Assembly: GCA_003427395.1 (NCBI GenBank)
Contig: BFEA01000027.1
Coordinates: 1,925,086-1,989,085 of the forward strand
Direction: 5' to 3'
Length of the DNA: 64,000 nt
Source: Chara braunii
Taxonomy: Eukaryota; Plantae; Charophyceae
In this document: positions 50,001 to 62,400 of the stretch, one piece after another
How positions within the stretch are numbered: position 1 is the stretch's first letter
Layout: each line of letters opens with the position of its first letter
Program-made: the position numbers and the translations under genes
Notes under the pieces: generated by a model
The model's database searches: none
Told to the model about the DNA's origin: nothing
What the model saw: only the letters and a program-made list of their open reading frames with translations

Positions 50001-50549
50001 CGACACGGGGTTGCTGGTCCAGGAGCGGTCCGTCGGGTGGGTGGTCGAACATCGGAGGTTTTCTGCGGGTCGACGCCGACAACGGCCACCAACGGTAGCC
50101 GTTGGCCGACGGGGTGGAGCGAGGGGGGCCGAGCGTGGGGGGGCGGGCGTCCGTAGTGGACCGTTGGCTCGGTTGCGGGTAGCGGAGGACGACGACGACG
50201 TGCGTGGGACGACATACGGAGGCGCTTCCGGCAGTGCGCGGGCGGCAACGGTCGATTTTTGAATCGCAGGCAGGCACCTTTGTCGTCTACTCTGGTGGTT
50301 GTCGGCATATGAAGGTCCAGCGGCCCTATCCACCGGCATGCCAAAAGAAACTTCTGCAGTAGTCGCGTGGAAGGGTGGATGTCTGCGATTGAATTGATGG
50401 CAGACATGCACAGGAGATTGCCTCTGCTGGTGCTCGCTGTGGTCGTCTTCCTCTTTGTCGTCTTCCTCCACGTGTGTTTGTCGTGTCGGCCGTGGAGGCA
50501 ACGTCGCAAGCGGAGGGCATCAACAAAACGGCAGGGAGGGGAACGTTCG

Positions 50550-52236
50550 ATGGCGGGCATGCAGGCACGCGCGGTTCTGGCTGCAGGTCAGGGAAGAAGA
50601 CGACCTGCAACGGCGAAGCCTCGATGGCGGTACGACCCGTCCATGTACACCAATCTAGAGTCATGGGTGACGCCACTGCCCCCGTCGGACGAGGAGCCGG
50701 AGATGGAAGAACTTCCAACGTTGCCTCTCGCCAGCGGGTCGACGCAGTTGTTGTCACAGACGGTGCGAGCAGGTGGGTCAGCTAGCAACGAAGGCGGCGA
50801 GTTCACCTCACTCCTGCACCAAGGCTTGGGAGACGACGACGACGGAGGACTTGATCTCAGGTTCGGGTTGTGTTCTGGCGGCGCTAGGGAGGCGAGCCGT
50901 ACGTTCATCATCGACGCCGATCCTTCGCCACGTGGCCTTCAACATGTTGGAAGTGATCATACGGAGCAGTCCACACTTCGTGGTGGTGCGTCCGTTACTG
51001 GCGGTGTCGGGCCATTGGCAGCAGCCCGGCAGCATGGATCGACTGCACCGTCCACCGATCGATTGACAAGTACCTGGCCCGCACGCACTGGAGTCGCATC
51101 CGGGTCCCTGCGCATCAGCGGTGCACGTCCTTCGATGTCCAACCCGACCAGAGGGACGAGGGCGCCCGCATACCACCGGCGCGTCCAAGACCTGCTGTGG
51201 AGAACATCACACGAGGAGTCTCAAACATGCGGGCACACAGCGATGGCGGCGACGACGATGGCGGTGGCGGTGACGATGCCGACGAAGGATTGAGGGAGGA
51301 CGTGGAAGCAAGGGACGACGATGACGACATTCCTATTCGGCCTTTGGGGAAGACGGGTGGGAGGGGGAAAGGACGTTGCAGAGGTGCTGTTCGTGGTCGA
51401 TCCGTTGGGTGTGGCGGCAGAGGTGGAGTCAGCGACGACGGCGGGAAGTCTGCGACGTACTGGTCTCCGGAAGACCAAATGCTCCTGGTCAGATGCAAGC
51501 GGGAGCAAGAGATGCACCTCGCCGGGCTGAGTCAAAATTACGGGCGGATGCGGACCAAGGAGTGGAAGTGGGACGACATTGCGAAGCGCATGGCGAACGC
51601 GGGGAGGCCTAAAGACGCCGACGACTGCATGAAGAAGTGGGACAATCTCTTCCAAAACTACAAGAAGATACAGAGGTTTCAGAATGCCAGCGACCAGGCA
51701 GATTTCTTCAGGCTATCGAATGAAGAAAGGAAGGAGCACAACTTCAAGTTTCGGATGGAGAGGGTGTTGTACAACGAGATCCACGCAGGCATCCTAGGGA
51801 ACCATACAATTTTCCCTCCCAACGTCGCCGACACCGGAAATCCGGAAGGGGTGCAGCTGCCAGTCAAGGAGCCGTTGGTGGGGAGTCTGTCGGTAGCGAG
51901 GCTGGTGGTGACGGATGCCCTGAAGAATGTTCTTCTGCGAGGGACTCCGACAACAACGCAGGCAGGGGGGTTGGAGGCGGGAAGCGGAAGAATGCGCGTC
52001 AACAGGCGTTGGAGTCGATCGCTGATGTCATGGACCGCCATGGCGAACTGATGTCGGGGACGATCGATTCGTCTAGCAAGCGGCAATGCAGCATATTCAC
52101 GAGGCAATGCGATATACTAGAGCAGGAATTTGCAGTCCAAAAAGCGAACTATGTGGCGTCCGATGAGACGCAGAGGATGATGTGCCACGCGCTTATGGAG
52201 ATCGCTGCTGCCATCCGTGGTCGGTCGCCTATGTAG
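50550..52236 (+). pseudogene. Harbinger Myb/SANT (trihelix) DNA-binding protein, two frameshifts
   Basis: WSPEDQMLLV...KWDDIAKRMANAGRPKDADDCMKKWDNLFQNYKKI, with a C-terminal coiled coil at 52009-52236. Frameshifts near 51160 and 51860. Confidence 0.9.
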
Positions 52237-52348
52237 GCCGTTCGATCGTGTGTTGGTTGAAGTCCAACATTGCGTTCGTAGATAGCTTAATTTTTTATTT
52301 TATTTTTTTTCACGGATTCTTCTATCGAGGAGCACGGTGGTAGACCGC

Positions 52349-52481
<133 letters not shown>

Positions 52482-53669
52482 NNNNNNNNNNNNNNNNNNN
52501 NNNNNNNNNNNNNNNNNNNNNNNNNNNNNNNNNNNNNNNNNNNNNNNNNNNNNNNNNNNNNNNNNNNNNNNNNNNNNNNNNNNNNNNNNNNNNNNNNNNN
52601 NNNNNNNNNNNNNNNNNNNNNNNNNNNNNNNNNNNNNNNNNNNNNNNNNNNNNNNNNNNNNNNNNNNNNNNNNNNNNNNNNNNNNNNNNNNNNNNNNNNN
52701 NNNNNNNNNNNNNNNNNNNNNNNNNNNNNNNNNNNNNNNNNNNNNNNNNNNNNNNNNNNNNNNNNNNNNNNNNNNNNNNNNNNNNNNNNNNNNNNNNNNN
52801 NNNNNNNNNNNNNNNNNNNNNNNNNNNNNNNNNNNNNNNNNNNNNNNNNNNNNNNNNNNNNNNNNNAGGGGTAGGCGCGATGGGGTGGCCAGGGGTGAAG
52901 TTGGATTCTCTTACTTTTGGTCCCTGGCGAGTGAATTGACGCGCGTCGCCAGGGACGTCGAAGGGTCTTTTCGCGCCTTGGGGAGGATCATAATGACACG
53001 GCAGGATAGGCATGGTGGTCTCACGTGGCACCGTTGACGATGCCTTTTCTCGCCACAGAGAAGCGACGTCGTGGGCGGTCCATCTGCTGCGTTAACTTCA
53101 GTCGTGTGCATCCCAACCTGCATGAATGTCGTTCGCACTAGGGTGTCTACATTACAGAAGCCCGTCGCGCCTACTGCACACCGACTGCGACAACACAAGA
53201 GCAATACAAGCTTGCTCGCCGCGAATAAATGTCGCCTGCTCCCCACGAACATCTTCAGTGTCGCGGAGGACCACCGTCGATGCCTTTGTAGCCATCTCGT
53301 CACGCGGAGGATCTTCGCTGGAGTCGCCGTCCTTCTGTCGTACATGTGGACATCCGCCGTCAATCATTCCGCCGCGGAGCACTCTCACCGTCGCTCTTTT
53401 GTTCTTCTCGTCGTCAATCGTTTTGCCGCGGAGCACTCTCGCCGAGGTCGTCATCCTTCTGTCGTGCACGTGTACGTCGTCGTCTACTTCCCGCGGAGGA
53501 GAGATCTTCAGCGTCGTGGGGGGCCAGGGGCATTCGTCCTCGCCAGGCTGCAGCAACACGGGAGACAATTTTCTCGCCAGATCGGTGGGACTTCAAACGA
53601 CGGTCGACGAAGCACTTCCCGCTCATCCGATCGGACCGCCAAGCTCGTCTGCAGAGGTCCCGACGAAGC

Positions 53670-55850
53670 ATGTCTACGCGAGGGAGCGACCGTGGTAAGA
53701 AGCGCGACGACATCCCCAACGACAGCCAACTTGAAGGGCAGGGAAGAGGTCGGTGGCATGTCCCGAAGGCGAAGAGGGCGCGTTTGGATGATGCGTCAGC
53801 AAGCGTGCCTTCGCGTCGAGCACAAGGTTGGGCGGCAGTAGCGGAAGGGGACTACGACGACGACTCCACGAGGGAGGCACACGTGGTTAACCAGGGGTGT
53901 TATTTTCGACGAATTTCGCATCGAATTGCACTGAAATTGTCATATTATGCTGATTTTGTGCTTTTTTTTTTGTTTTTCTGTTTGTGTGATATATATGTGT
54001 TTTAGGGTACATCATGTGTGCAGTTTTGACATGTTTGGATCAGTAATGAAAAAGTTGGCATTTTGTTGAATTTGCTGGACGCTTCATTTTGACTCGGACA
54101 GTGTCTTTGTGTTAGGGTTTCATAGTGTTTTTTTGTTTTTTTTTTCATTTTTTTTTGCCTGTTCCCTTTATGGATGTTTGCACTATGGTCTCACATCGTT
54201 TGCTTTTAAAAATTTTCATGAAATTCGCACCGCAATTGCCAATGAAAACAACGAATATTTGGGCCCCCGTTAACCGTCTCTCGAGGGAGGAAGAGCAGGC
54301 AGAGGCGACCGTGTCTGCAATACGGGAAAGCGCTCGGCAACGCTCTTTTGATCAGACCACTTCGAAGAGGATGCTCACCCCTCCGCCCGAGGCGCAGCAA
54401 CTACGTGCCCGCGACACGCGGACAGAGAAGGTTGTCGTCGTCAATCTGGGCGGCGATCTTGGAGAAACGTCGCCTGCGCACTCTTGCACAAGGCACCCCA
54501 ATGCCGGCGGCAACGACACGCGCTGCAGTAGACAAAAGGTGACTTACGGGTAGACAGCCCGCCACGCCATCTCAGCCACGTCAGCGCAACCCGGGTGCTG
54601 ACGGAGAGTCTGCCCAGTGCGGTGGGGGGGGGGAAGTCGTGGCAGACGCGCGAGCAGTTGGGAGCGAGCCGACAGGTGCTGCGGGTGTGGGTGCTTCAGA
54701 CGCTGTGGCCCCTGCTGCGACGGCGAGAGAGGAGGCAACAGTTGTGGCGACGGCGAGAGAGGAGGCAACAGTTGTGGCGACGGCGAGAGAGGAGGCGCGT
54801 GGCGAGAACAAAATTGATCGGGACGGCGGCGAGGCCGGTTCAAGCCGGGTACGTAGGGGAGTGATGACGAAAGACCTCGTCGATCGTGCCGTGCTTTGGG
54901 TTGATGACAAAGCTTTCTGGACGACGGGGGAGGGGCGAAGACTATACAACATCGTCCACGAAACGAGAGAGTACTTTATCGCCATCGCCAGTGGCCTTCC
55001 AGCACCTGTCGTCCCTCTGAGCGTCGTCCTGCTCAAATCCAGCACGAAGGTAGCCAGGATCACCGACCCATCACAGCTGCAGCAAGCGATCTCCTGTGCG
55101 GCTGCAGTGGAGAACATTGCTCTACGCATCTTGCACGGCTGGATATTCAAGTCCGGGAACCTCCCAAGGGGATACAATGTGGCTTTCCAGTACTCGCTCG
55201 AGTCCGTTGCGACGGACATTGCTCGTGCAATGTGGTACGGCGAGGAGTGGTGCAACGTCGTCAGTGCGGCGGTATGCACGCACACGATAGATCTGTCTGT
55301 GGACTTGCCACTATGGTTCGTCGGCGCCAACATCGAGGACAGACCTGAGGACGACGACATGGCGGCGTACCAGGAGTCCACCATCATCTGCGTCTCGCAT
55401 GCATTCCGCTCGGCGGTGCAAATGGGTGTGCACATCGACGGCGACTTCATCTCGTACAACCGTCTCTGTCAGGTGGATGACTGCTTCAGGCTTTTGTTGG
55501 CGACGTGCATGTGGATAATACGCATGGCAGGAGACGATCCGCACAGCCACTACGAAGCTTTCTGCTTCGCGGACCTGGTGGTGAAGCCCACACTCATCGC
55601 ATCCATGCATCGGTCCTTCGATCATCGACGATTCGTCGTCCCTGCCGTAAAAGTCGTCACGGAGAGGCTCGGGAAGGCAAAAGCTACGTTTGGAGAGTAC
55701 CCCGACTGCATCCCTGGATGAGCACCCTGCGGCATTGGTTTCAGGCACAACGCGGGCATAACGGGGCTGGAGGATGCGAAGAAGCTAGATTGGTTGGGTT
55801 CGGCCCACCCCGATGATGACAACAACGACGATGGAAAAGATGACGCGTAG
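53670..55850 (+). pseudogene. Third Harbinger gene of unknown function (about 590 aa reconstructed)
   Basis: ATG at 53670 (MSTRGSDRGKKR...KAKRARLD). Reads in frame across the excised 53878-54282 MITE, then one frameshift near 54460 and in-frame TGAs at 54540 and 55719. Includes the 360-aa ORF 54639-55721 and ends at TAG 55848-55850. Confidence 0.75.
53878..54282. mobile_element. AT-rich hAT-like MITE with 8-bp TSD
   Basis: GAGGGAGG at 53870-53877 and 54283-54290. Imperfect TIRs with core GGTTAAC..GGGG. Removing it restores the reading frame. Confidence 0.75.
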
Positions 55851-56589
55851 GGGGTGGGGGGAGTGGGGGGGTGCACGATGGAAAAGATGACGCGTGGGGG
55901 GTGGGGGTGACGGGGGGGGACGCGGCGCTTGTGTGAACGAGGGCGCATGTACACGTGGGTGGTCGTGATGGGCTTCACTGTGGATGGAACATTGTGCAGT
56001 GCGCACCTGTTTAATGTGTCGGTCGGAGGGATTGCCCAGAATCGTCGTCGGTTGTGCAGATGTTTAGTGTGTCGGTTGTGGCATAACGACGGGTTGATTG
56101 ATTTCAATCGTGTGTTTTGCGTGCAGGTCAGGGCTGTTTAGCGTGTCCGTCGTTGGAGCCGACGACGGGTTGATTGATTTGATTCCTGTATTGTGTTTTT
56201 ATCATCGCAGTTCGCTGCGCAAGAACTTCAGAGCGCTTTTAGCGCACCCTTTTTTTTCCTGTCATGTGTCCGTTGTTCTCGTCTCTTCGCTGGAATGATT
56301 CATAGATGATCGCCTCATATGCATGCACACAATCCATGTTTGCCTTTCTCTTTTTTGTATTTTTCTTCGTTAACTTACATTATGCATGTTTTATCAATGA
56401 TTTCAACAGCCATGTTTGACGTCCCACCACGAAACCATTTATGACAAACGAATTGGAGAGACACACAAAATCCAGGTTATACCACACGAAACCATTCATA
56501 ATAAACGAATTGGAGAGACACACACAAAAAAATTAAAAAACATTGTAGAAATTCAAAAAAAAAAAAAAAAAAAAAATCTTCTAAGTAGC

Positions 56590-56682
56590 AAATCCGGATA
56601 TCTAACAGACCAATTTTATCCGGAATTTTCAATCCGGATGAAATTTCCGGATTAATTCCGGATATGGAAAATCCGGCCCTGA
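56590..56682. repeat. Cluster of TCCGGA palindromes ending in CCGGCCCTG (probable TE subterminal region)
   Basis: Five TCCGGA copies plus one TCCGG in about 90 bp. Confidence 0.5.
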
Positions 56683-57148
56683 AAAACGATTCATGGCAAA
56701 ACAATTTCAAGACACACACATAAAAAGATGGAAAAAAAAAAAAAAAAAAAAAAACGGNNNNNNNNNNNNNNNNNNNNNNNNNNNNNNNNNNNNNNNNNNN
56801 NNNNNNNNNNNNNNNNNNNNNNNNNNNNNNNNNNNNNNNNNNNNNNNNNNNNNNNNNNNNNNNNNNNNNNNNNNNNNNNNNNNNNNNNNNNNNNNNNNNN
56901 NNNNNNNNNNNNNNNNNNNNNNNNNNNNNNNNNNNNNNNNNNNNNNNNNNNNNNNNNNNNNNNNNNNNNNNNNNNNNNNNNNNNNNNNNNNNNNNNNNNN
57001 NNNNNNNNNNNNNNNNNNNNNNNNNNNNNNNNNNNNNNNNNNNNNNNNNNNNNNNNNNNNNNNNNNNNNNNNNNNNNNNNNNNNNNNNNNNNNNNNNNNN
57101 NNNNNNNNNNNNNNNNNNNNNNNNNNNNNNNNNNNNNTCCGCACGGTC

Positions 57149-58492
57149 CTACATCAAAGCTAGGCGGTCTCGAAGTGCATCCCGCAACAAGTCCCCGTCG
57201 ACGTTCATGCTCCGTCGCCGCCCGCCCGCGCCATTCCTTACGATGCCCAAGTCCACTCTACGCCGAACACCATTCGCATCCACCTCCCACAAAAGGTTCT
57301 CGTTGAAGTCGATCCCCTCGTCCTCGTTGAGGAGGATGTTGTGGAGAGTGCACACGGCCACGAATTGTTGTGTCAAGGTCTCCAGATTCGTCTTGTGGGT
57401 GCGCAAGAACAGACGCCACATGCACTTCAGTCGCCCGAATGCCCTCTCCACACATCCCCGCGCCACCTTCTGCCGTGTGTCGAAGCGCTCCTCGTCAGGA
57501 CCTCGGTCGATTCCTCCGTACGGTTGCACGATCCATGGACAAGCAACTGGATAACCGTTGTCGCCCAGCAGGTAACCTCGCGTGACAACACTGTGCGGCA
57601 GATTCTCCAGAGGTGCGTCAAACAGCTCGCCAGTTTATGCACGCCTCCACAAGTGGGAATTGTGCAAGACACGGACATCGTGCACATTTTCCGAGTATCC
57701 GACGTGGACGTCGAGGATCCGCAGATCCAAATCCACCACCACCTGCGCCTGCACGGAGAACTTCTATTTTCGGTCGTAGTAGTTGGTCGACGGTGCACCG
57801 GCAAGCTTGTCAATGTAGATGTGTGTACAGTCGATTGCGCCGAAGCAGTTTGGGAAACCCTTCTCACGAAAAGCACACAGAATCTGCGCACGTCTACGGC
57901 CCACTGGCCACTTTATCGCATCGGGGTACGCCTCCAGCAGCGCCGAAGTGACGTCGCGGACGGCCTGCAGTCCAGTTGCCTTGCCGATGCCGAATGCTGA
58001 TGTACCGCTCTCGTACGTCTCTCCGGACGCCCACCTGTACAACGCAAAAGCGATCACCAACTCCACTGGCAATGGCATCCTGTAGTGCGTGACCTTCTTC
58101 TCCACGTACGCGGCGCACGCGGCTTAGGCGGCTATGGTCTGGGTGAACATGGGCATTGACATGCACAACTTCTGCAGGTAGTACTCGTCCGTCGCGTCCT
58201 CACACAGACGGAGGTCCTCCCATGTTCCGCCAGTCCGTCGTCTAATCCACCAACGTGGGGTCTGCCGCGGGAAAATGCCAGACGACAGCACGACACACAA
58301 CTGGACGACTGCCTCACACGTGGCCACGCAATCCGGCGCTTCGGCAACGCTCTGCAACAACGCTCTTCGTTTGCGGAGCTGCATCACCATGTAGTGTGAG
58401 GACGACGACATGTTGCTCATCGTGTTGACGATGACGACAGTCACCGCCATCGCCACCTCGTCGATACCGTGCCCGCAGCCGCGAACGTCCAT
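57149..58492 (-). pseudogene. PIF/Harbinger DDE transposase (DDE_Tnp_4/HARBI1-like), disrupted
   Basis: HTH region ALYRWASGETY...FGIGKAT; catalytic motifs GAIDCTHI, VHDVRVL, YLLGDNGYP, VERAFGRLKCMW, CTLHN. Premature TAA at 58124 and frameshifts. Confidence 0.95.
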
Positions 58493-59444
58493 CTCTGACA
58501 ATCGTTCCGTGTCTACAGCGTGATTCCTGCCACAGCCGCCTAAGACACGTGCGTTGATCAACCCTGCCGCAGGAGACCACGCACGCTGGAGCCGAAGATG
58601 CGCCCGCTGCTGTACGTTGCCACAGGAGATGACGCACGTCGGAGCCCAAGACGCGCCTGCTGCTCTACGCTCCCACAGGACAGTACGCACGCCGGAGTTG
58701 AAGATGCGCCTTGCAGGAAGATGTGCCCGCTGCTCACGACTTGCGTAGACTCGAAAGATGGACACCCACGCCGAACGGTTCGCCAGCGCTGTCTTTTCTA
58801 CGTCACACGCGTCGCTTGGCCGTCCTCCCCCCCCCCCACCATGCGTCCTCGAAGTTCTGGGTGACCGCGCTTTTCACCAACCTGTCCTCACCCGCCCAAG
58901 GGCCACCGCAGTGTGTACCACGGACACCAGCCAGGAATGGACGAAAATCGGCAGCGCGGCTGCGTATACGAATTTACGGCCACGGGAGACCTTTTAGGAC
59001 GAACCCTAAAAGATAATTTTTAGGATTGCGTGTAACGACGCCGCATGAAATCCTAAAAAACATTTAGGACTCGTCCTAAAAATTTTAGGATTCTTTTAGG
59101 AGTGTCTAACGAGACCCTTATACCATGACTATTATAATTTCAAATGGCGGTTTGCCGTTTTCTGGCCATCTGCATAGGCTAGACTTTAGGCTTGCTACAG
59201 ATTTTTCGAACATGGATTTTGAATTAGTTACAGTTTAAGGGTGTTGTAGATTTAGACATTTAAGATTACAATTCCATAGGGATAGCTGGTTTCTCAGCTC
59301 TAGTGCTTCACGCTCGAAAATGCATTTGAAATCGTTTTAGGTTGCCGGATAGGTATTAAGACCTTTTTACTGCGCTTCAAGGGAATTTTTTCTTGAGAAG
59401 CTTCTTTGAGATAACAAAGTGAGAAAATGGGACGCTGGACCCAG

Positions 59445-62400
59445 TTTTTTTTTTCTTTTTTTTTTCTTTTTTTTTAGCCCTTGCGATATCCCTCTATCCT
59501 GGCGGTGGTAAGAGAACCGTCAGAATTGAGGGCTTATCTGTCGGGCTGCTCCATCTATAGGTGGGGAGCGGCACCTGCTGGAAACCAGGTCCAGCGTCCC
59601 ATTGGTACAACATACAATACAGATATTGGTGATTGTTGTTTCCTAGGGCTATGGTGATACTTGTCTCTTCCCGGGTCTCCGTTGTCCCTTGGAGCTGCAA
59701 TTTTCCCCCTTCCCTTCATGGAGCACCTCCTTTACTATTAACATAGCCCTAGTTCTGCAGCCCCCCTGAATAAAAGGGTCCTATTCTGCAACACCTCTGT
59801 GCAATGTCTCTATTGAAACCCTTGAAGCCCCTAAACCCCTAAACCCTCACTGTGACCTTAGAGAACCCAAAAAAACACAGTATCTGCAGTACTGTTGCAA
59901 TGAGATGGAAAGCACAGCAACAGCACACGGGACAATAGAACGTTAGTATCTTGGGGCATCCCTGTCAAAATGAGGCAGCCCTATTCTGCAGCCCCTCTAT
60001 TCATTGTGACTATCTGTCGTCCCTTTAGAACCCTTTAGAACCCTTGAAGACCCTATAACTCCAACCTTTTCTTACCGCAATCAGGATGAGGACTGCCAGA
60101 TTCAGACCATCCCAGATTCCTGCAGGTGCCCACTTTGTTGTTGCCGCCATCCTGTCGCTTACACTCCGGGACTTTCCAAAACACACCCCAAGACCTTTTG
60201 AGACCGTTCGACATGCTGGGTCGTTAGTCCACTGCAACCGTCGTTTCACCGCCCTCCAGTGGATTCCTGATTTCCACCATGATCTCGTCTTGGGACCTCT
60301 TGGCCCCCACTGTCCCTGCCCCAAAAGTCCCATACCCGTCCGGAGCTCTCCCTCAAATCCCTCTTCCTTCCGCCTACGTTGCAAGTGCCAAACAGCCATA
60401 TTGCGGTCCGAGGACTTTGGTACCTTGCAGTACCGATTCTGTCAGGTAGGGAGGGGATTATGGGGGAGGGGGGTTAGTTGCGGAGGAGAACAAAGGAAGG
60501 GGGGGNGGCTGCAAAGGGGACGAAGAAGTGAGATAGTAGTTTGTAGGTCCAGGTATTTTCGTCCTTCCTCCAGTGTTTCCAGTGTATCTGGGAATCGTGG
60601 ATGTCTGCAATCGCTGCCGTTGGTCCCAGCCACTCATCCGAGAACTGGTTCCTCATTTCCTCTGTTTTCTGTTTCTTGGCATGAGAGGTGAGGCTTGAGT
60701 TATCATTAATTAACCTCATTTTGTGTCGTAGGTGGTCCCATGCCGCTTTCACCCTGGCTGTCAAGTAGTTTGTGATGTGTTCTTTGGCTTGCGGGANCCC
60801 GAACGTGTGTTGNTTTCGTTCGAAGGAGCAGCGGGCCCGCCAGGCTATCATCAGCAGCTCAAGTCTTATGATTTGAAAGAGGTTCCTTTCGTAGGAGGAC
60901 CAGTTCGGNGGGATGTCTGCCTGGTTCCCTAAGAGGAGTAATCTGGGTTGCCAAGGGAACTGGGAGCCAGTGAGGATCGTCCATGCAGCATCCCACCATC
61001 TCCATATCTGGGAGACCATGAGACAGCCTAATAGGCAGTGGTCCAAGGTCGCCCGAGCAGGCTGGGAGGTCCTGCAACAGTAGCGGCAAATTGGTGAAAG
61101 GTGGCCTCGTTGTTCTAGGTCTGTTCTTGTGACGAGCCTGTCGGGGGTGGGCAGACAGCGGTATAGGATCTGCCACTGGAGTGCCCTGTGCGCCATCAGC
61201 ATTATATGAGTATATTGTGACCAAGTAAAGTTGTTGAGGTCCTCCGGGGGGAGGATTGAGTCCCTTCCCCACCGTCTTTTTATCAAGGTATCCGTCGGGC
61301 AGGATTTGTGTACTCTGCGGTAACCCTGTTTCACTGTATATTGCCCGAATTTGAGGGATTTGGCTGGGGGTGGCTGTGTCCATTCCCACTCTAGCGGATC
61401 AAAGGGGAGGGTGGCCAAGGGAGAGTCCGGCCTGAAGGCGTAAGGCGTTCCATCCGTCTCTTCCAGTACTCTTACCTTGACGAGCCCAGACCAGGTTGAG
61501 TCGTGATCTGCTTCTTCATTTCTCAGCAATGNGGAGCACCTCGCCCCAGGATGGGATATGTTATATACTTCTAAGCGAACCTGGTGGTTGGACTTNNNCG
61601 TCACCCGGCCTACCNTTGTTGGNGAGCAGAGTTGTGTCCATTGGACCACCCAGTCCCCTTCTTGGATGGTGGGACCTTCCTTAAGCTGTTGTAACCAAGC
61701 CAGGGGGACCGCTTCCTGCAGCTGACGCAATTTTTATGAGCACTGTCAGATCGTCAACAAAGAGCGATGTAACCGGTATCAGGTGGTGAGGAATTTCGGG
61801 AACATCAATCTTGTGGATGAGTGGGTTGGCCCTTATGGCGGACGCCAAGGCCTCCATGATGATGACGAAGAGCAAGAGTGTTATGGGGTCGCCCTGTCTG
61901 ACTGACCGTTCCAGGGGGAAGGGGTTGGAGAGGTGGTCGTTAGTCATCACATTGGTGGTCGCTGTTCTATGGAGAGTGTCCACCCATCTCCTAATATTCG
62001 GTCCTAGGTTCATTGCTTGCATGCACTGGTCCAAGAAAGCCCAATCGACATGGTCATAGGCTTTTTCGAAGTCAATGAAGAGGATGGTCGCCTCCTTCCC
62101 CCTCTGGCGAGCATATTTGATGGTCTCATTCACAAGCAGTATGTTGTCCTGTATGTTTCATTCGGGGATGAAGTCAGATTGGTCTGGGTGAATGAGATGA
62201 CGCATATGCGGCAGCAGCCTGTTCATGAGGGCTTTCGCCACCATTTTGTATGGGACTGGCAACAGAGTGATGGGTCTGTAATTCCTCACCTAATTTTTCG
62301 TCCCCTTTTTGTAAAGCAGCGTGGTAACTCCTTGGTTCAGCAGGCCACCAAAAGCCCCTTCTTCCAAGACCGCGCCAATATAGTCCATCAAGTCCTGACG

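Noticed and set aside
53071-53841. 256-aa and other overlapping ORFs upstream of ORF3
   Set aside because: GC-rich stop-poor sequence with no motif; probably the leader of the third gene.
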